Under the pieces are notes generated by a model. That model did not search any database. It worked only from the letters and a program-made list of their open reading frames with translations, and had not been told where the DNA came from. A stretch of 64,000 nucleotides of DNA from Carcharhinus amblyrhynchos. Taxonomy: Eukaryota. Both the position numbers and the translations under genes were made by a program. The stretch's first letter is position 1. The number at the start of each line of letters is the position of its first letter. The stretch covers positions 154,194,001 through 154,258,000 of the forward strand of contig OZ336870.1 of the NCBI GenBank assembly GCA_965287045.1. The letters are read 5' to 3'. Positions 52,338 to 63,155 of this stretch are shown in pieces.

Positions 52338-52583
52338 TCATAGAATCTTATAGTGCAGTAGGTGGTCAATCGGCCCACTGAGTCTGCACTGACTCGTACC
52401 CAGGCTTACCTATAACCACACATATTTACCCCACCAATCCACCTAACCTGTGTGTCTTGGAACATCAAGGAGCAATTTTATCATGGCCAATCCACCTAAT
52501 CTGCATATCATTGAATGTGGGAAGAAACTGGCTCAACCAGAGGAATCCCATGCAGACACAGGGAGAAGGTGCAAACTCTGCAT
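52338..52583 (-). mobile_element. 5'-truncated HE1-like SINE
   Basis: Body and CR1-type tail similar to 2393-2697. Confidence 0.8.
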
Positions 52584-52629
52584 AGCTAAATATTTATCAA
52601 TCTTATTCACCCCTGGCTCTGCAGAAGGC

Positions 52630-53125
52630 TTTGATTGAAGCCCCACACTTGAAGTATTGCATCCAGTTCTGAGCACTACACTTCAGGAAGGTTGTGATTA
52701 GAAAAGGTGCAGTAAAGATTCACAGCATAGGTTCAAGAAGCTGGACCTGTTCCCATTAGACAAGAGAAGGTTGAGAGGAGATTTGATAGCGATATACAAA
52801 ATCATGGCAGGGATGGACAGAATAGATGGGGAGAAACTATTCCCAGAAAACCAGATGACATCAACTTAGCTTGACTGGGAAAAAGAGAAATGGTAACAGG
52901 AGGAGAAACTTTATTAAACAACGCGTGATTAAGATCTGGAATGCACTGCCTGAGAGTTAGTGGAGGCAGATCTAATTGTGATTTTTAAAAGAGAATTGGA
53001 TCACAAATCGAAGCAGCATTGCAGTGAAAAGAAAGGGAAATGGCACTAAGTGACTTGCTCTTCCAGAAAGCCAGTGCAGACACAACAGGCCAAATGGCCT
53101 CCTTCTTTGTAGTAACCATTCTATT
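52630..53125 (+). mobile_element. Degraded CR1 3' fragment
   Basis: PHLKYCIQF, KRRLRGDLI..YKIM, RVIKIWNALP. Confidence 0.85.
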
Positions 53126-53129
53126 TAAT

Positions 53130-53480
53130 CCTTGCTGACAATGAAGTGCAATACTCAGCCAGAACTGTATGGCTGAAGATGTCAGCTTTGAGAAAAGGTG
53201 TTAAACAGAGGTCTCTGCTGCTTACTCTGGTGGTATAAAGATCCATTGCAATAATTGCAAAGGAAAAAACCATTTTTCCCATGTCCTTAATCAAAACCAC
53301 TAGAAACAGATTAACCGATCCTTTATCTTACCCAATGTTTGTGAATCCTGCTGTATGTAAATACACTTTCATATTGCTCACTTAAATGACATAAGTCCAC
53401 TTACTCGAGTAATCAATTGGTTGTGCAGCACACTGGGCTGCATAAAGCATCCTGAGGGCCAGAAACGTCCATAAATGTCT
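53130..53480 (+). mobile_element. Deu-domain SINE, degraded
   Basis: ttaaacagaggtctctgctgc..aaagatccattgca..tgtttgtgaatcctgctgt..caattggttgtgcagca. Confidence 0.55.
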
Positions 53481-55212
53481 GGTAAACAGTTTACTCAACT
53501 CGGGGAAAGCACACTTGATAATCAAAGGGTTCAAGTTAGCTGCTAATGCTGTAACCATGTTTTTTGGGTCGTGTAGTTGCACTGTGCTTGCAATGACCTC
53601 ATTCCTAAGACTAATTGTGGTAGTGTGCCTGACCCAGATCAGATCAACAGCTATTTCCTGGTTCTTCCTACACATATGTTCTCACCGCATGACTACTGTT
53701 AAAATTATTTCCAATTATTCTGCTCTAGTACCATAGCAGTGGGCCCATGTAACCCAGCTGTCAAGACAGATGCACAGTAATAAAGTGGTACTGTAAGGTT
53801 TCAACTGCAATCTCTGCTGTGTATTGAATCAAAAGTTCATTCTTAAAGAATGGCTGAAAGTATGTTAACTGATCGTACTAACTGCACACATTTCATCAAA
53901 CTGTTAAAATTGGAGACAGATGTATCAAATATGAGCAGTTTTGCCAATGCAAATGATAACTTGTGATCTAATCTGTTTGTGTGCCAGAACAAAAACAGGA
54001 AGACAAGGACACCCGGCCCATCTGGGCACCCATTTAACTTGTTTCTCTTAAATCAGGAGCGTCGTGTGCAAGACACTAGATCATTTTTTGCTTTGCAGGA
54101 AAGACAATAAGCTTTGATGTCTGACAATAGCTGGATATCAACAACAAAGTTCAACAGACAGAATGCCCTGTGCCAAAATTTATCATTTAAGCTTGCTTCA
54201 TTACATCAGCTCACTTTACAGAAAGCCACAAACTTCGTCAACAGGCAATGGCAGCAAGAATAATGGCAACACTGACCCCTTTCTGAAAAATTAGATTCAG
54301 CACAAATATGACCTTGTTTGTCAGTATCGCGCCCACTGCAAGAAATGGTTAGTGCCGTTCATAAAAGACAACAATATTCTGTAATAGACAGATATTCAGG
54401 ATATATGGAATGGATTCTAAATGCTTACCAAACACCCATCTGCCTCTGTTCTAAATATTTTGACAGGCTAATGCACCTGTGCAAGCAAGCTTGGGAAAGT
54501 AATGAATTGTGGTGGGACGGCAGGCACAAAGGTAATTGTATAAAGTAATTTGGTGCATATTTTTTTTAAAAAGGATATCTTTAAATAATTCTCAAATTTC
54601 TGAGATGACAACTTTCCAAGACCTGCTGCATGGTTCTCAAAGTTCTAACGAAAAAATTTTACTAAGATCACCTAAGAGAAGTGGCCATTTGAGTGACGTG
54701 CTGAAAGGTCAACACTATCTTGTTGAACTGTCAAGGTGTCATGTTCAGCAGAAGGGAAATAAGGCCAGAAAATTGGAAAGTTGAGCCAATGTAGGAAAGT
54801 GCACTCTCCTTTTAGCATGTGTTTCTATTTGTTCTCGATATGTTTTTAACGATTTGAGTGTGAAGTTGAACTGAGAAAAAAACTGTGATCAAGAACAGTT
54901 TTCCCACCAATTCAACACTTTTGGGAGAACCTTACCTATTTAATGAATGCAGAATTATTACAACCTAGAGATAGATACACTCCAATGTAGTTAATTTATC
55001 AAATAAAAATGGAACATCTTTGCATAAAGCAAAGAGGTTTTTACACAAGAGTGCTGCTAATGGCAGACGGGCTGCTATCCCTCTGCTGGCTATTCTACAC
55101 ACAAGAAACTATCTGCATGAAATCAGTGTCTATGATGGGTGCCAGTTTCAGCAAAGTAAATACAATGAATCTGACTTGTACTTTTACTTTCAAGGGCAAC
55201 AATTGTAAAGGG

Positions 55213-55372
55213 TTTAAAGTTTATTTATTAGTGTCACAAGTGGGCTTACACTCACACTGCAATGAAATTATTGTGAAAATCCCCTAGTTGCCACACTCCA
55301 CCCCCGTTTGGGTACACCGAGGAGAATTCAGCATGGCCAATTCACCTAACTGGCATGTCTTTCGTGGGAGGA
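55213..55372 (-). mobile_element. 3' part of HE1-like SINE
   Basis: aaagtttatttattagtgtcacaag...gcatggccaattcacctaac. Confidence 0.8.
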
Positions 55373-55534
55373 ATGGGTATACAGCGATCAGCCCGGAGAC
55401 TGAACACCTAATCAATATCCAATGACTTCTGCGGAAATAATGCTTGTGTTGGGTGAAAAGCAACGAAACCAGTGTGATGGCCTGTCAGAAAATATATCTA
55501 TGTTCAAGCATTCAGTCACACAGGCATACAACAA

Positions 55535-56490
55535 CAAGTGGGAGAACTTGGCCACTGCTTAAATACCATTACACTTTTCATTTTTTCACTTAACCGCTGA
55601 AGCAGAGAGGCGAGCCCCGATGGGCTCTTGGCTTCTGGTCGGAAGTATCCTGGAGGCTGGTCATGACCCACTCTGGGGACAACGGCAAGTGGGGAGTTTG
55701 ACTGGGGTGGTACACCTGTCACACCATAACACAGGTGTCCTAAGGTGACCTCAGGGAGGACAGAAACCTCCTGTGGAGCAGAAGAGCAAAAGCTTGCTTG
55801 ATCTTTATCTTCAGCACAAATACAGACTGTGGCAGAAACTGAAGTTTTACAATCCTTGTAACCTTTTGGGTTTTAAGCAGGAGGTGTCAAAAAAGTTATC
55901 ACAAGGATAACTGGCTTGTGGCATTCATAGCGATGCCGCTTTTTCATCTTTCGACCTTGACACTTCCTTTCATTGTGAAGCAGAATTCACCAAATGTTAG
56001 ATTCACCAAAGGTTCACCCACTAATACAGAACACGAGCACGGTTTAGACTGTTGTGAGACAGGTTAGTTTTATCCTACTGATGATGTGTCACTGTAATAG
56101 TAATCTTGCTCAGTACAAGATGAACTGCGGGTTTAGATATCTGGTGTATGTGCTTGGCGGAGGAATCAATAGTGCAATGCTACCTTCTGTGGGATTATGA
56201 CTGAACACCTCTAGGTCAGAATCCTGCCTCAAAGTAACAATACTCTAGCACTGCAGATCACCGGTTGGCCTGGGATAGCTGATTACAGTCGGTGCCTAGT
56301 GCCACTTGATTCAGGGCTGGGGTGTGGCTGGATTGGTGCCATCTCTCCTGTTAGCGCACAACATGTTCATAGGTAACCCGGTGCTATGGTATTCATAAAT
56401 GACCCTGATTCTGGCTCAGGGATTCGAACATAGCAGAGCAGCTATCTTGTTGTGATCTATTGAAAGTCATCCCAAGTAAACAGGATGTTC
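55535..56490 (+). pseudogene. Degraded 3'-terminal fragment of 28S rRNA
   Basis: Colinear LSU motifs: GTGGGGAGTTTGACTGGGG, GGGAGGACAGAAACCTCC, GATAACTGGCTTGTGGC, GTGAAGCAGAATTCACCAA, GTGAGACAGGTTAGTTTTA, GGGATTATGACTGAAC, and terminal GATCTATTGAAAGTCA. Many CpG->TpG/CpA changes and indels. Confidence 0.93.
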
Positions 56491-56494
56491 TTAA

Positions 56495-56753
56495 GTTCTT
56501 TACAACCAATGAAGTAATCTTGGAGTGTAGACACTGTTGTAATGTAGGAAATACCGCAGCCAACTTGGGCACAGCAGGCTCCTACAACATGTAAAATGAT
56601 AACCACCAGATTATCTTTTACTATGATGTAAATTGAGGGATAAATATTGGCCAGAACATCAGGGACAAATCCCTTGCCCTTTTTTGAAGAAGTGCCATAG
56701 GATCTTTTGAGACACAGACAGGGCCTTGGTTTAATATCTTATCGGAAAGACGG
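56495..56753 (-). mobile_element. Deu-domain SINE fragment
   Basis: tttacaaccaatgaagta..cactgttgtaatgtaggaaa..ttgagggataaatattggccag..gtgccataggatctttt..ggtttaatatcttatcggaaagacgg. Confidence 0.7.
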
Positions 56754-56906
56754 GTAACAATTATAAAGTACCTTATACACAGATATTTGCTGTGAAAAGA
56801 ATGCACAAGTAGCATCCGTGCATGGAAACAAAACTTCCACTTCAATGCATCCTAGGCTCAAAATGTGGCCTGGCCCCTGCAGACTGTCCAGAGGGGGTCC
56901 AGGCTC

Positions 56907-57424
56907 CAGAGAGAGAGAGAGAGAGAGGGAGAGAGACAGAAACAAAGTGGGAAAGAAGAGACAGAAAGATACAGTGGGGGCGGGGGGAGAGAGAGAGAGA
57001 GAGAGAGAGTTGCAAAAGAGAGAAAGACAGAATGGGAAAAAGAGTGGGAAAGGAGAGAGAGAAGGGGGGGAACAGAGTTGGACAGAGAGATATGAAGATG
57101 GAGGGAGAGACACACCCAGACATCGTGAGAGAGAGAGACAGAGTAAGAGAGAGAAAGATGAGAGAGAAAGGGAAAGATGTGAGTGAAAGAGGGAAAGACA
57201 AGCGAGAAGAACAGTGTTTGAGGGGAGGGAGAGAGAGAGAGAGAGAGAGAGAGATACACACAAACATAGCTAGGGAGAGGGAGAGGGGGGTGGGGGGTGA
57301 GAGAGGCTGGGGGCGGGGGGAGAGAAAGAGAGAGAGTTGTAAAGGAGAAAGATAGAGTGGGAAAAGAGACAGAGAGAAAGAGAGGGAAAGAGGAGACAAA
57401 AAGAGGGAAAAAGGGGAAAGAGAG
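56907..57424. repeat. Purine-rich (GA) low-complexity tract
   Basis: ~520 bp of mostly G/A with embedded (GA)n and G runs; source of several spurious ORFs. Confidence 0.95.
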
Positions 57425-57439
57425 TTTTAACGTTTCTTT

Positions 57440-57707
57440 AAATTAATATGTCACAAGTAAGGCTTACATTAACACTGCAATGAAGTTACTGTGAAATTCT
57501 CCTAGTTGCCACATTCCAGTACCTGTTCAGGTCAATACACCTAACCAGTACATCTTTCAGATTGTGGGAGGAAATTGGAGCACCCGGAGGAAACCCATGC
57601 AGACACCAGGAAAATGTGCAAACTCCACATAGACAGTGACCCAAGCTGGGAATTGAACCCAGGTCCCTGGCACTGTGAGGCAGCAGTGCTAACCACTGTG
57701 CCACCCT
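57440..57707 (-). mobile_element. HE1-like tRNA SINE
   Basis: GGTGGCACAGTGGTTAGCACTGC..GGTTCAATTCC on the minus strand. Confidence 0.88.
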
Positions 57708-57800
57708 TGAGACAGAGAAAGAAGGCAGAGTGGGAAAGGAAAAAAGAGAGAGATAGAGAGAAATAAGGAAAGGAGAAGGGTAAATGCAGACAGAGACAGT

Positions 57801-58950
57801 GTCTGGATGACCCTTCACCAACTCCAACTCCATTTCTGCCAATTCCAGCATGACGTCTGATGAAGGGTTATCCAGACTCGAAACTTTGGCTTTGTTCTCT
57901 CTCCTCAGGTGCGATCAGATCTGCTGAGATTTTCCAGCATTTTCTGTTACATAAGAACATAAGAAATAGGAGCAGGAGTAGGCCATCTAGCCCTTCGAGC
58001 CTGCCCCGCCATTCAATAAGATCATGGCGGATCTGTCGTGGCTCAGTTCCACATTCCCGCCCTCTCCCCATAACCCTTAATCCCCTCGCTTACCAAAAAC
58101 CCATCAACCCGCGTCTTAAAAATATTTAGCGAGGCAGCCTCCACCACTTCAACGGGCAGAGAATTCCAGAGATTCACCACCCTTTGAGTGAAGAAGTTCC
58201 TCCTCAACTCCGTTCTAAACCGCCCCCCCTTTATCCTGAGGCTGTGCCCTCTAGTCCTACTGTCCTTTCTGAGCGGGAAGAGCCTCTCCACCTCTATCCT
58301 GTCCATCCCATTCATCATCTTATACGTCTCAATGAGATCTCCCCCCATTCTTCTAAACTCTAACGAGTACAAGCCTAGTTTATTCAGCCTCTCCTCATAG
58401 TTCAACCCCCTCAACTCCAGAATCAGCCTAGTAAACCTCCTCTGCACTCCCTCCAAGGCCAAAATATCCTTGCGTAAGTACGGCGACCAAAACTGCACAC
58501 AAAGCTGCGGCCTCACCAATGCCCTATACAGCTGCAGCAAGACCTCCCTACTTTTATATTCAATCCTCCTTGCTATGAAGGCCAGCATCCCATTGGCCTT
58601 CCTGACCACCTGCTGCACCTGCAGGCTGGGTTTTTGCAACTCATGCACAAGGACCCCGAGGTCCCTCTGCACCGTCGCATGCTGCAGTTTTTCGCTGCGT
58701 AAGTAATAGTCCTTCCTACCATTATTCCTACCAAAGTGGACAACCTCACATTTGCCAACATTAAATTCCATTTGCCAGTTCCTGGCCCATTCGCCCAGCC
58801 TATCTAGATCCTTCTGCAGACTCTCCACACCCTCCGCACAATTTGCCATTCCACCAATCTTGGTGTCATCAGCAAATTTCGACACCATACACTCGGTTCC
58901 CTCCTCCAGATCTTGTTTCAGTTTCCAGGATCCGCAAATTTTGCTTTTAT
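57801..58950. mobile_element. Penelope-derived foldback element split by a CR1 insertion
   Basis: Inverted repeat 57801-57820/57858-57877 and CTGATGA..GAAAC. The tail ...ttttccagcattttctgtt resumes after the CR1 as tgtttcagtttccagga..ttttgcttttat. Confidence 0.7.
57949..58912 (-). mobile_element. Young 5'-truncated CR1 LINE, same subfamily as 9294-9891
   Basis: ORF 58043-58888 from SKFADDTK through WQMEFNVGKC to FFTQRVVNLWNSLP, TTCTTATG tail. Nearly identical by eye to the 9.3-kb copy. Confidence 0.96.
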
Positions 58951-59017
58951 CTTAATGGAATGGAACAGCATCTAGACTGTGGAAATTGTAGTGTGAGACA
59001 AAAGACAACAACTTGGT

Positions 59018-59175
59018 TGGTTTAGCATCTCATTTGACAGATGTCACCTCCAAGACTGGAGCATCTCTTCAGTACTGCAATGAAGTGTCAGCCGACATTA
59101 TACGCTGAAATCTCTAAAGTGAGACTTGATTACATGACATTCTGACTCAAGCAGCAGGAGTGCAATGATTCAACC
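59018..59175 (-). mobile_element. Deu-domain SINE 5' fragment
   Basis: ggtttagcatctcatttgacagatgtcacctcc..cagtactgcaatgaagtgtcagcc..ttctgactca. Confidence 0.55.
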
Positions 59176-59810
59176 AAAACTATACAGGACATAAGGGGAT
59201 GCTTATTGGCGTATCTACTGAACTGCTATTGGATAAGAATAATGCATCGTGCAGCCCGACCATTGTGTCCTTCCATACAAATCCTGTTCTGGACCGAGGA
59301 ATGAACCATTGTCAAAGGGATCCGCCAGGGGGACTGGTGAGGGGGAAGACCAGTGAGCCAGGCCCCCTTCTGATGGCCCCAGCTTAGGTAACTCCCCTTA
59401 CGGTGAGCATGCCGCAGTGTTATGCTAAATTTTAAAATATTATTACAGATTTTCCACCTTCAAAAAATTTAAAGCCCTTGGATGCTCTTAGCATTACTGG
59501 ATACCAGTAATGCCCAGCTTACCATGTGAACAAGTGCGTCGTTTGATACATTTTCCTCAGTTGCATCATGTTTCAATGCGCCCACAAATTTACATGCTGG
59601 CTTAATGTGTGCTCTTGCTCTCCATGTAGGTCATCACTTCCTCAGCTTAATTAGATCCCAACTCTGTCTATCCAGATATTGCTTCTATTATCTATTTTTA
59701 GGATCCAATCTCTTCATTCTAATCGTGGACTAAAATGGTGTAAAAACAATGCCAATTATATGCCATCAAGGGCAACACTTAGTGGAAATAAGCAAAGGCA
59801 AGGCACTTAC

Positions 59811-60105
59811 CCTCATCAGTAGGATTGAACCCACAGATATCACAGATGCATCGAACCCACTTATTCATTTCTTCTTCAGTGTCTGCTACCAGGTAGAAGA
59901 CACGGTCAATTGTTCGGATATCAAAAATGTAACTGTTCTCAAGATCCTTCTTATTAAAAGTCAGCCCAGCATCCACTTGCTCACAAAGATTCAAGTCAAT
60001 GACACGGATAGGTTTCTTTGCATGATCATTTTTGTAGTATTCCAACACATCCGGATCTCCAGTCAGACGGCCACTTCGAAGTACAAACCAGCGCTTCTTC
60101 CATGC
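59811..60105 (-). CDS. GAB1: GAB1 exon 2 (most of the PH domain)
   Basis: Encodes [53 protein letters not shown]...[17 protein letters not shown]. Acceptor ttttcag|GCA, donor G|gtaagt, 295 nt, phase 0->1. Confidence 0.98.
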
Positions 60106-60624
60106 CTGAAAATAAACCAAGAACATTCCATTGAAGTGTCAGCACCATTAAAACTTTCTAACGTTTTTACTGCCATTTTGTGCTTTAATAAAACCGGCTG
60201 TTCAGTGATAAAGACAGTAGAAAGAGGAGACAAATTCATGGATGCTACGTCAGCAAATTTACTTTGGTCATCTATTTTTCTTGTATGTAGAAATATTTAC
60301 AATTGCTTTGTGATTTTTATTATGGCTGCAAGTGAAGAGGGCAATGCTGTGCTAACTCAGCCTGTCCTGGGAACGTTGATGGAACAGTGTAGGGAGCGCT
60401 TTACTCTGTATCTAATCCCATGCTGTACTTGTCTGGAAGTCTTTTGATGGGGACAGTGTAGAGAAAGATTTACTTGATACTCCTTGAAATAGTAAGTGCA
60501 TGGAGAACTGTTAGAAAGAGTATCAACATTTTACAAAGCATACAGTAAGTCCTCACTTCAAGTTGTGATTGCGTGCCTGAAAATGACAACTTTAAGTGAA
60601 ACAACTTTAAGTGAATAGTGATTT

Positions 60625-60830
60625 TCACGCAATGAGTTGTTAAGATTTGAAATGCACTGCCTGAGTGTGATGGAGGCAGGTTTAATTGAGGCATTCAACA
60701 GGATGAAGAGGAGGAAAACAATGTGGGTTTACAAGGAGAAGGTAGGATAACTGCACCAGGTGAAAACCTCTCATTCGGACAGCCAGTACTGATAGCTGTA
60801 TCACCTCCTTGCGTGCTGTAACAATTCTGT
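60625..60830 (+). mobile_element. CR1 3' end fragment
   Basis: ttcacgcaatgagttgttaagatttgaaatgcactgcctgag (FTQRVV.IWNALPE-like). Confidence 0.7.
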
Positions 60831-61119
60831 AATCACTGCCTATCGAAACATACTCCATCATGCTACAAGATGCAAGGGTGGAAACTTAGCTTGAGAGATA
60901 CATTCATTGTGAATACTGTGATTCCCCACTACAGCTTCAATCAGCATGCACACGCAGGCTTCTGCAGGAGATGTTGTCTGGAAATCAGGATTAGGAATAA
61001 TGCCAATTCCCACCCCCTAAAAACACTGATACCTATCATTTCAACCTCTACTTTCATCACTCTAGTTCAGTGAAGGCGATTGTAGGTTAAGGAGACAGAG
61101 AAACAGAGAGCAAAAGGAA

Positions 61120-61340
61120 TAGCACTTTTCACAACCTTAGACAACATCGAGGAGCTTTATCGCCAATGAATTACTTTATGCAGGTATCATCGCTGTTGTG
61201 GCTTTGTAAAACACAGCAGCTAATCTATGCACAGCAAGATTCAACTAACACCTGTTTTGGTGCTGGTTGAGGGGTCAATGTTGGCAAAATATCACTGGAC
61301 ATATTCCTTGCCCTGAATAATGCCACAAGATGTTTCTATT
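61120..61340 (-). mobile_element. Deu-domain SINE fragment
   Basis: gctttatcgccaatgaattacttt..cagcagctaatctatgcacagcaagat..gttgaggggtcaatgttggc. Confidence 0.6.
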
Positions 61341-62259
61341 CCCCAGGCAGGTAACTAAGTTCTGCATTGAAATGATTTTTTTTGAAAGACAATGTCTCTA
61401 GCTGTACACACTGTGCTGCACTGAGGAGTTTTTGCATTCTCGGGTCATGAAATTTGCCTTGAACTCTCAACCTTCTGACTTGGGGCCTCCCTGGTCTATA
61501 TAGTCCTTCAGCGCACCCAGCGAGCAGTGACAATAGGTAATAGTTTCCAAATATTTTAAAGAAAAGATACACTACTGAATCCTTTGAAAAGATATCATTT
61601 ATAAGTAACAAAATGGTTTATTATTCAGTGACCTTGGCCCATTTCATTTGATGAGTTGCAGCAAACACTGTTACAACACCAATAAGCTGTAAAGTTACTT
61701 ATTAGGAGCCGAGCTCTCTCATCAACATTATGAACTCTAAATGTTCTCTCTTGCAAACATTCCAGATAGTTTCAAACAAATACTGCCACAAACGGAGCAC
61801 TTAACATTTCTAAATTTTAGTCATCAGAAAGAATAAATGGTGACCCCCTAGGAAATCATTTGTTCTCATAATTTTCTAACCACAATAATTCTTTTCATCT
61901 CTATTAGGAAGAGATTTTCTTCAGGAAAACCAAGGCTAGAATTTTATGTTCCCTACCCCAGGATTCATGTGACCCGCACATGAATTTGTGGTGGGATGGA
62001 CAGGGCCTCAGACGAGAATCTCACCAATGCCCTAATTAAGGCCCATTAGGGCCTTTACCCACCCAGCCCAATTTTTAAGGTTGGCAGGTGCCCAATGAAT
62101 CAAGATGGTGAACAGAAAAAGTTCTCACCCTTGATCTCGGGCAGGAAAGGGGCTCCTTCAGCAGAAGGCCTCTTCAGACTAATGTTAAGTTATTCCTTTT
62201 GTTGTAAGAATAAAACAGAATTTTTCTTTTAATCGAGTGAGAAACTTATAGGTTTTGAC

Positions 62260-63155
62260 GTTCAAAGAGACTCGAGTGTGCTGGTACAAGGAATTTAGAG
62301 TTAGCATGCAGATGAAGCAATCTATTGGGAAGGTAAAGGATATGTTACTTTTTATTGCCAATTCTGGCCCCTAAATTTAAGGAAGAGTAAACTTGCATTG
62401 GAGGTGGTACTGTGATTGCAACTGGATCCGAGCTTCCTAACTCACAGACCGCAATCAATGAGGATAGACAACATCTCCTCCATGATCATCCTCAACACTG
62501 ATGCCCCACAAGACTGTGTTCTCAGCCCCCTACTGTACTCTTTATACACCTACGACCGTGTGGCCAAATTTCCCTCCAATTCGGTTTTCAAGTTTACTGA
62601 CAACACCACGTAGTGGATCGAATCTCAAACAATGATGACACAGAGTACAGGAATGAGATGGAGAACATGGTGAAGTGGTGCGGCAACTGCGGCAAACTGA
62701 GCCTATATTCTTTAGAGTTTATAAGAATGAGGGGTGTATTCATTCAAACATACAGGACAGGATTTTCCATCCCCTCCTGCCAGCAAGATCTCCCGGTTTC
62801 ATCGAAGGTGATGAAACTTTTGGCAAGCTTGCCACATCAGCTGTGCCGGAACCAGGAAGTCCAGGCCACAGATGCAGAATCTAGTTTAGGTGGGGCAATT
62901 CCAAGGTAAGGTGTAGGCCATTTAGGATTGAGATGAGGAGGAATTTCTTCATTCAAAGTTGGTGAATCTTTGGAATCCAGAGAGCTGTAAAGGCTTAGTC
63001 ATTGAGTATGTTCAGACCAACAGACTTCCAGACATTAAAGGCATCACAGGATATGAGGATATTGCAAGAAAATGGTGTTGAGGCTGATCAGCCATGACCT
63101 GGTTGAATAATGGAGCAGGTTCGAGGGCTAAATGGCCTACTCCTGTTCCTACGTT
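62260..63155 (+). mobile_element. CR1 3' fragment interrupted by other repeats
   Basis: KLSLYSLEFIRMRG, RRNFFIQ, CR1 3' UTR ending cctactcctgttcct. Confidence 0.8.
62414..62690 (+). mobile_element. Rex1/Babar-like LINE RT fragment
   Basis: FLTHRPQSMRI...NTDAPQDCVLSPLLYSLYTYD...KFTDNTT*.DRISNNDDTEYRNE...WC. Confidence 0.8.

Noticed and set aside
55535-56490. Functional rRNA gene
   Set aside because: Partial, with many substitutions and indels in invariant motifs, and no rDNA context.
55535-56753. Possible chimeric 28S-headed Deu SINE
   Set aside because: The 28S piece is on + and the Deu fragment on -, tail to tail, so these are more likely independent adjacent insertions.
56739-57399. Cluster of long ORFs on both strands
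   Set aside because: Artefact of the stop-poor GA-rich low-complexity tract.
764-57707. tRNA genes
   Set aside because: All A/B-box matches are SINE heads followed by shared SINE bodies; no complete cloverleaf was recognised.
1309-60105. Assignment to GAB2 or GAB3
   Set aside because: The Met-binding motif [13 protein letters not shown], the GQSPKILR exon and the exon sizes fit GAB1.
59749-60447. 232-aa plus-strand ORF
   Set aside because: Antisense shadow of GAB1 exon 2 running into intron sequence; no recognisable domain.
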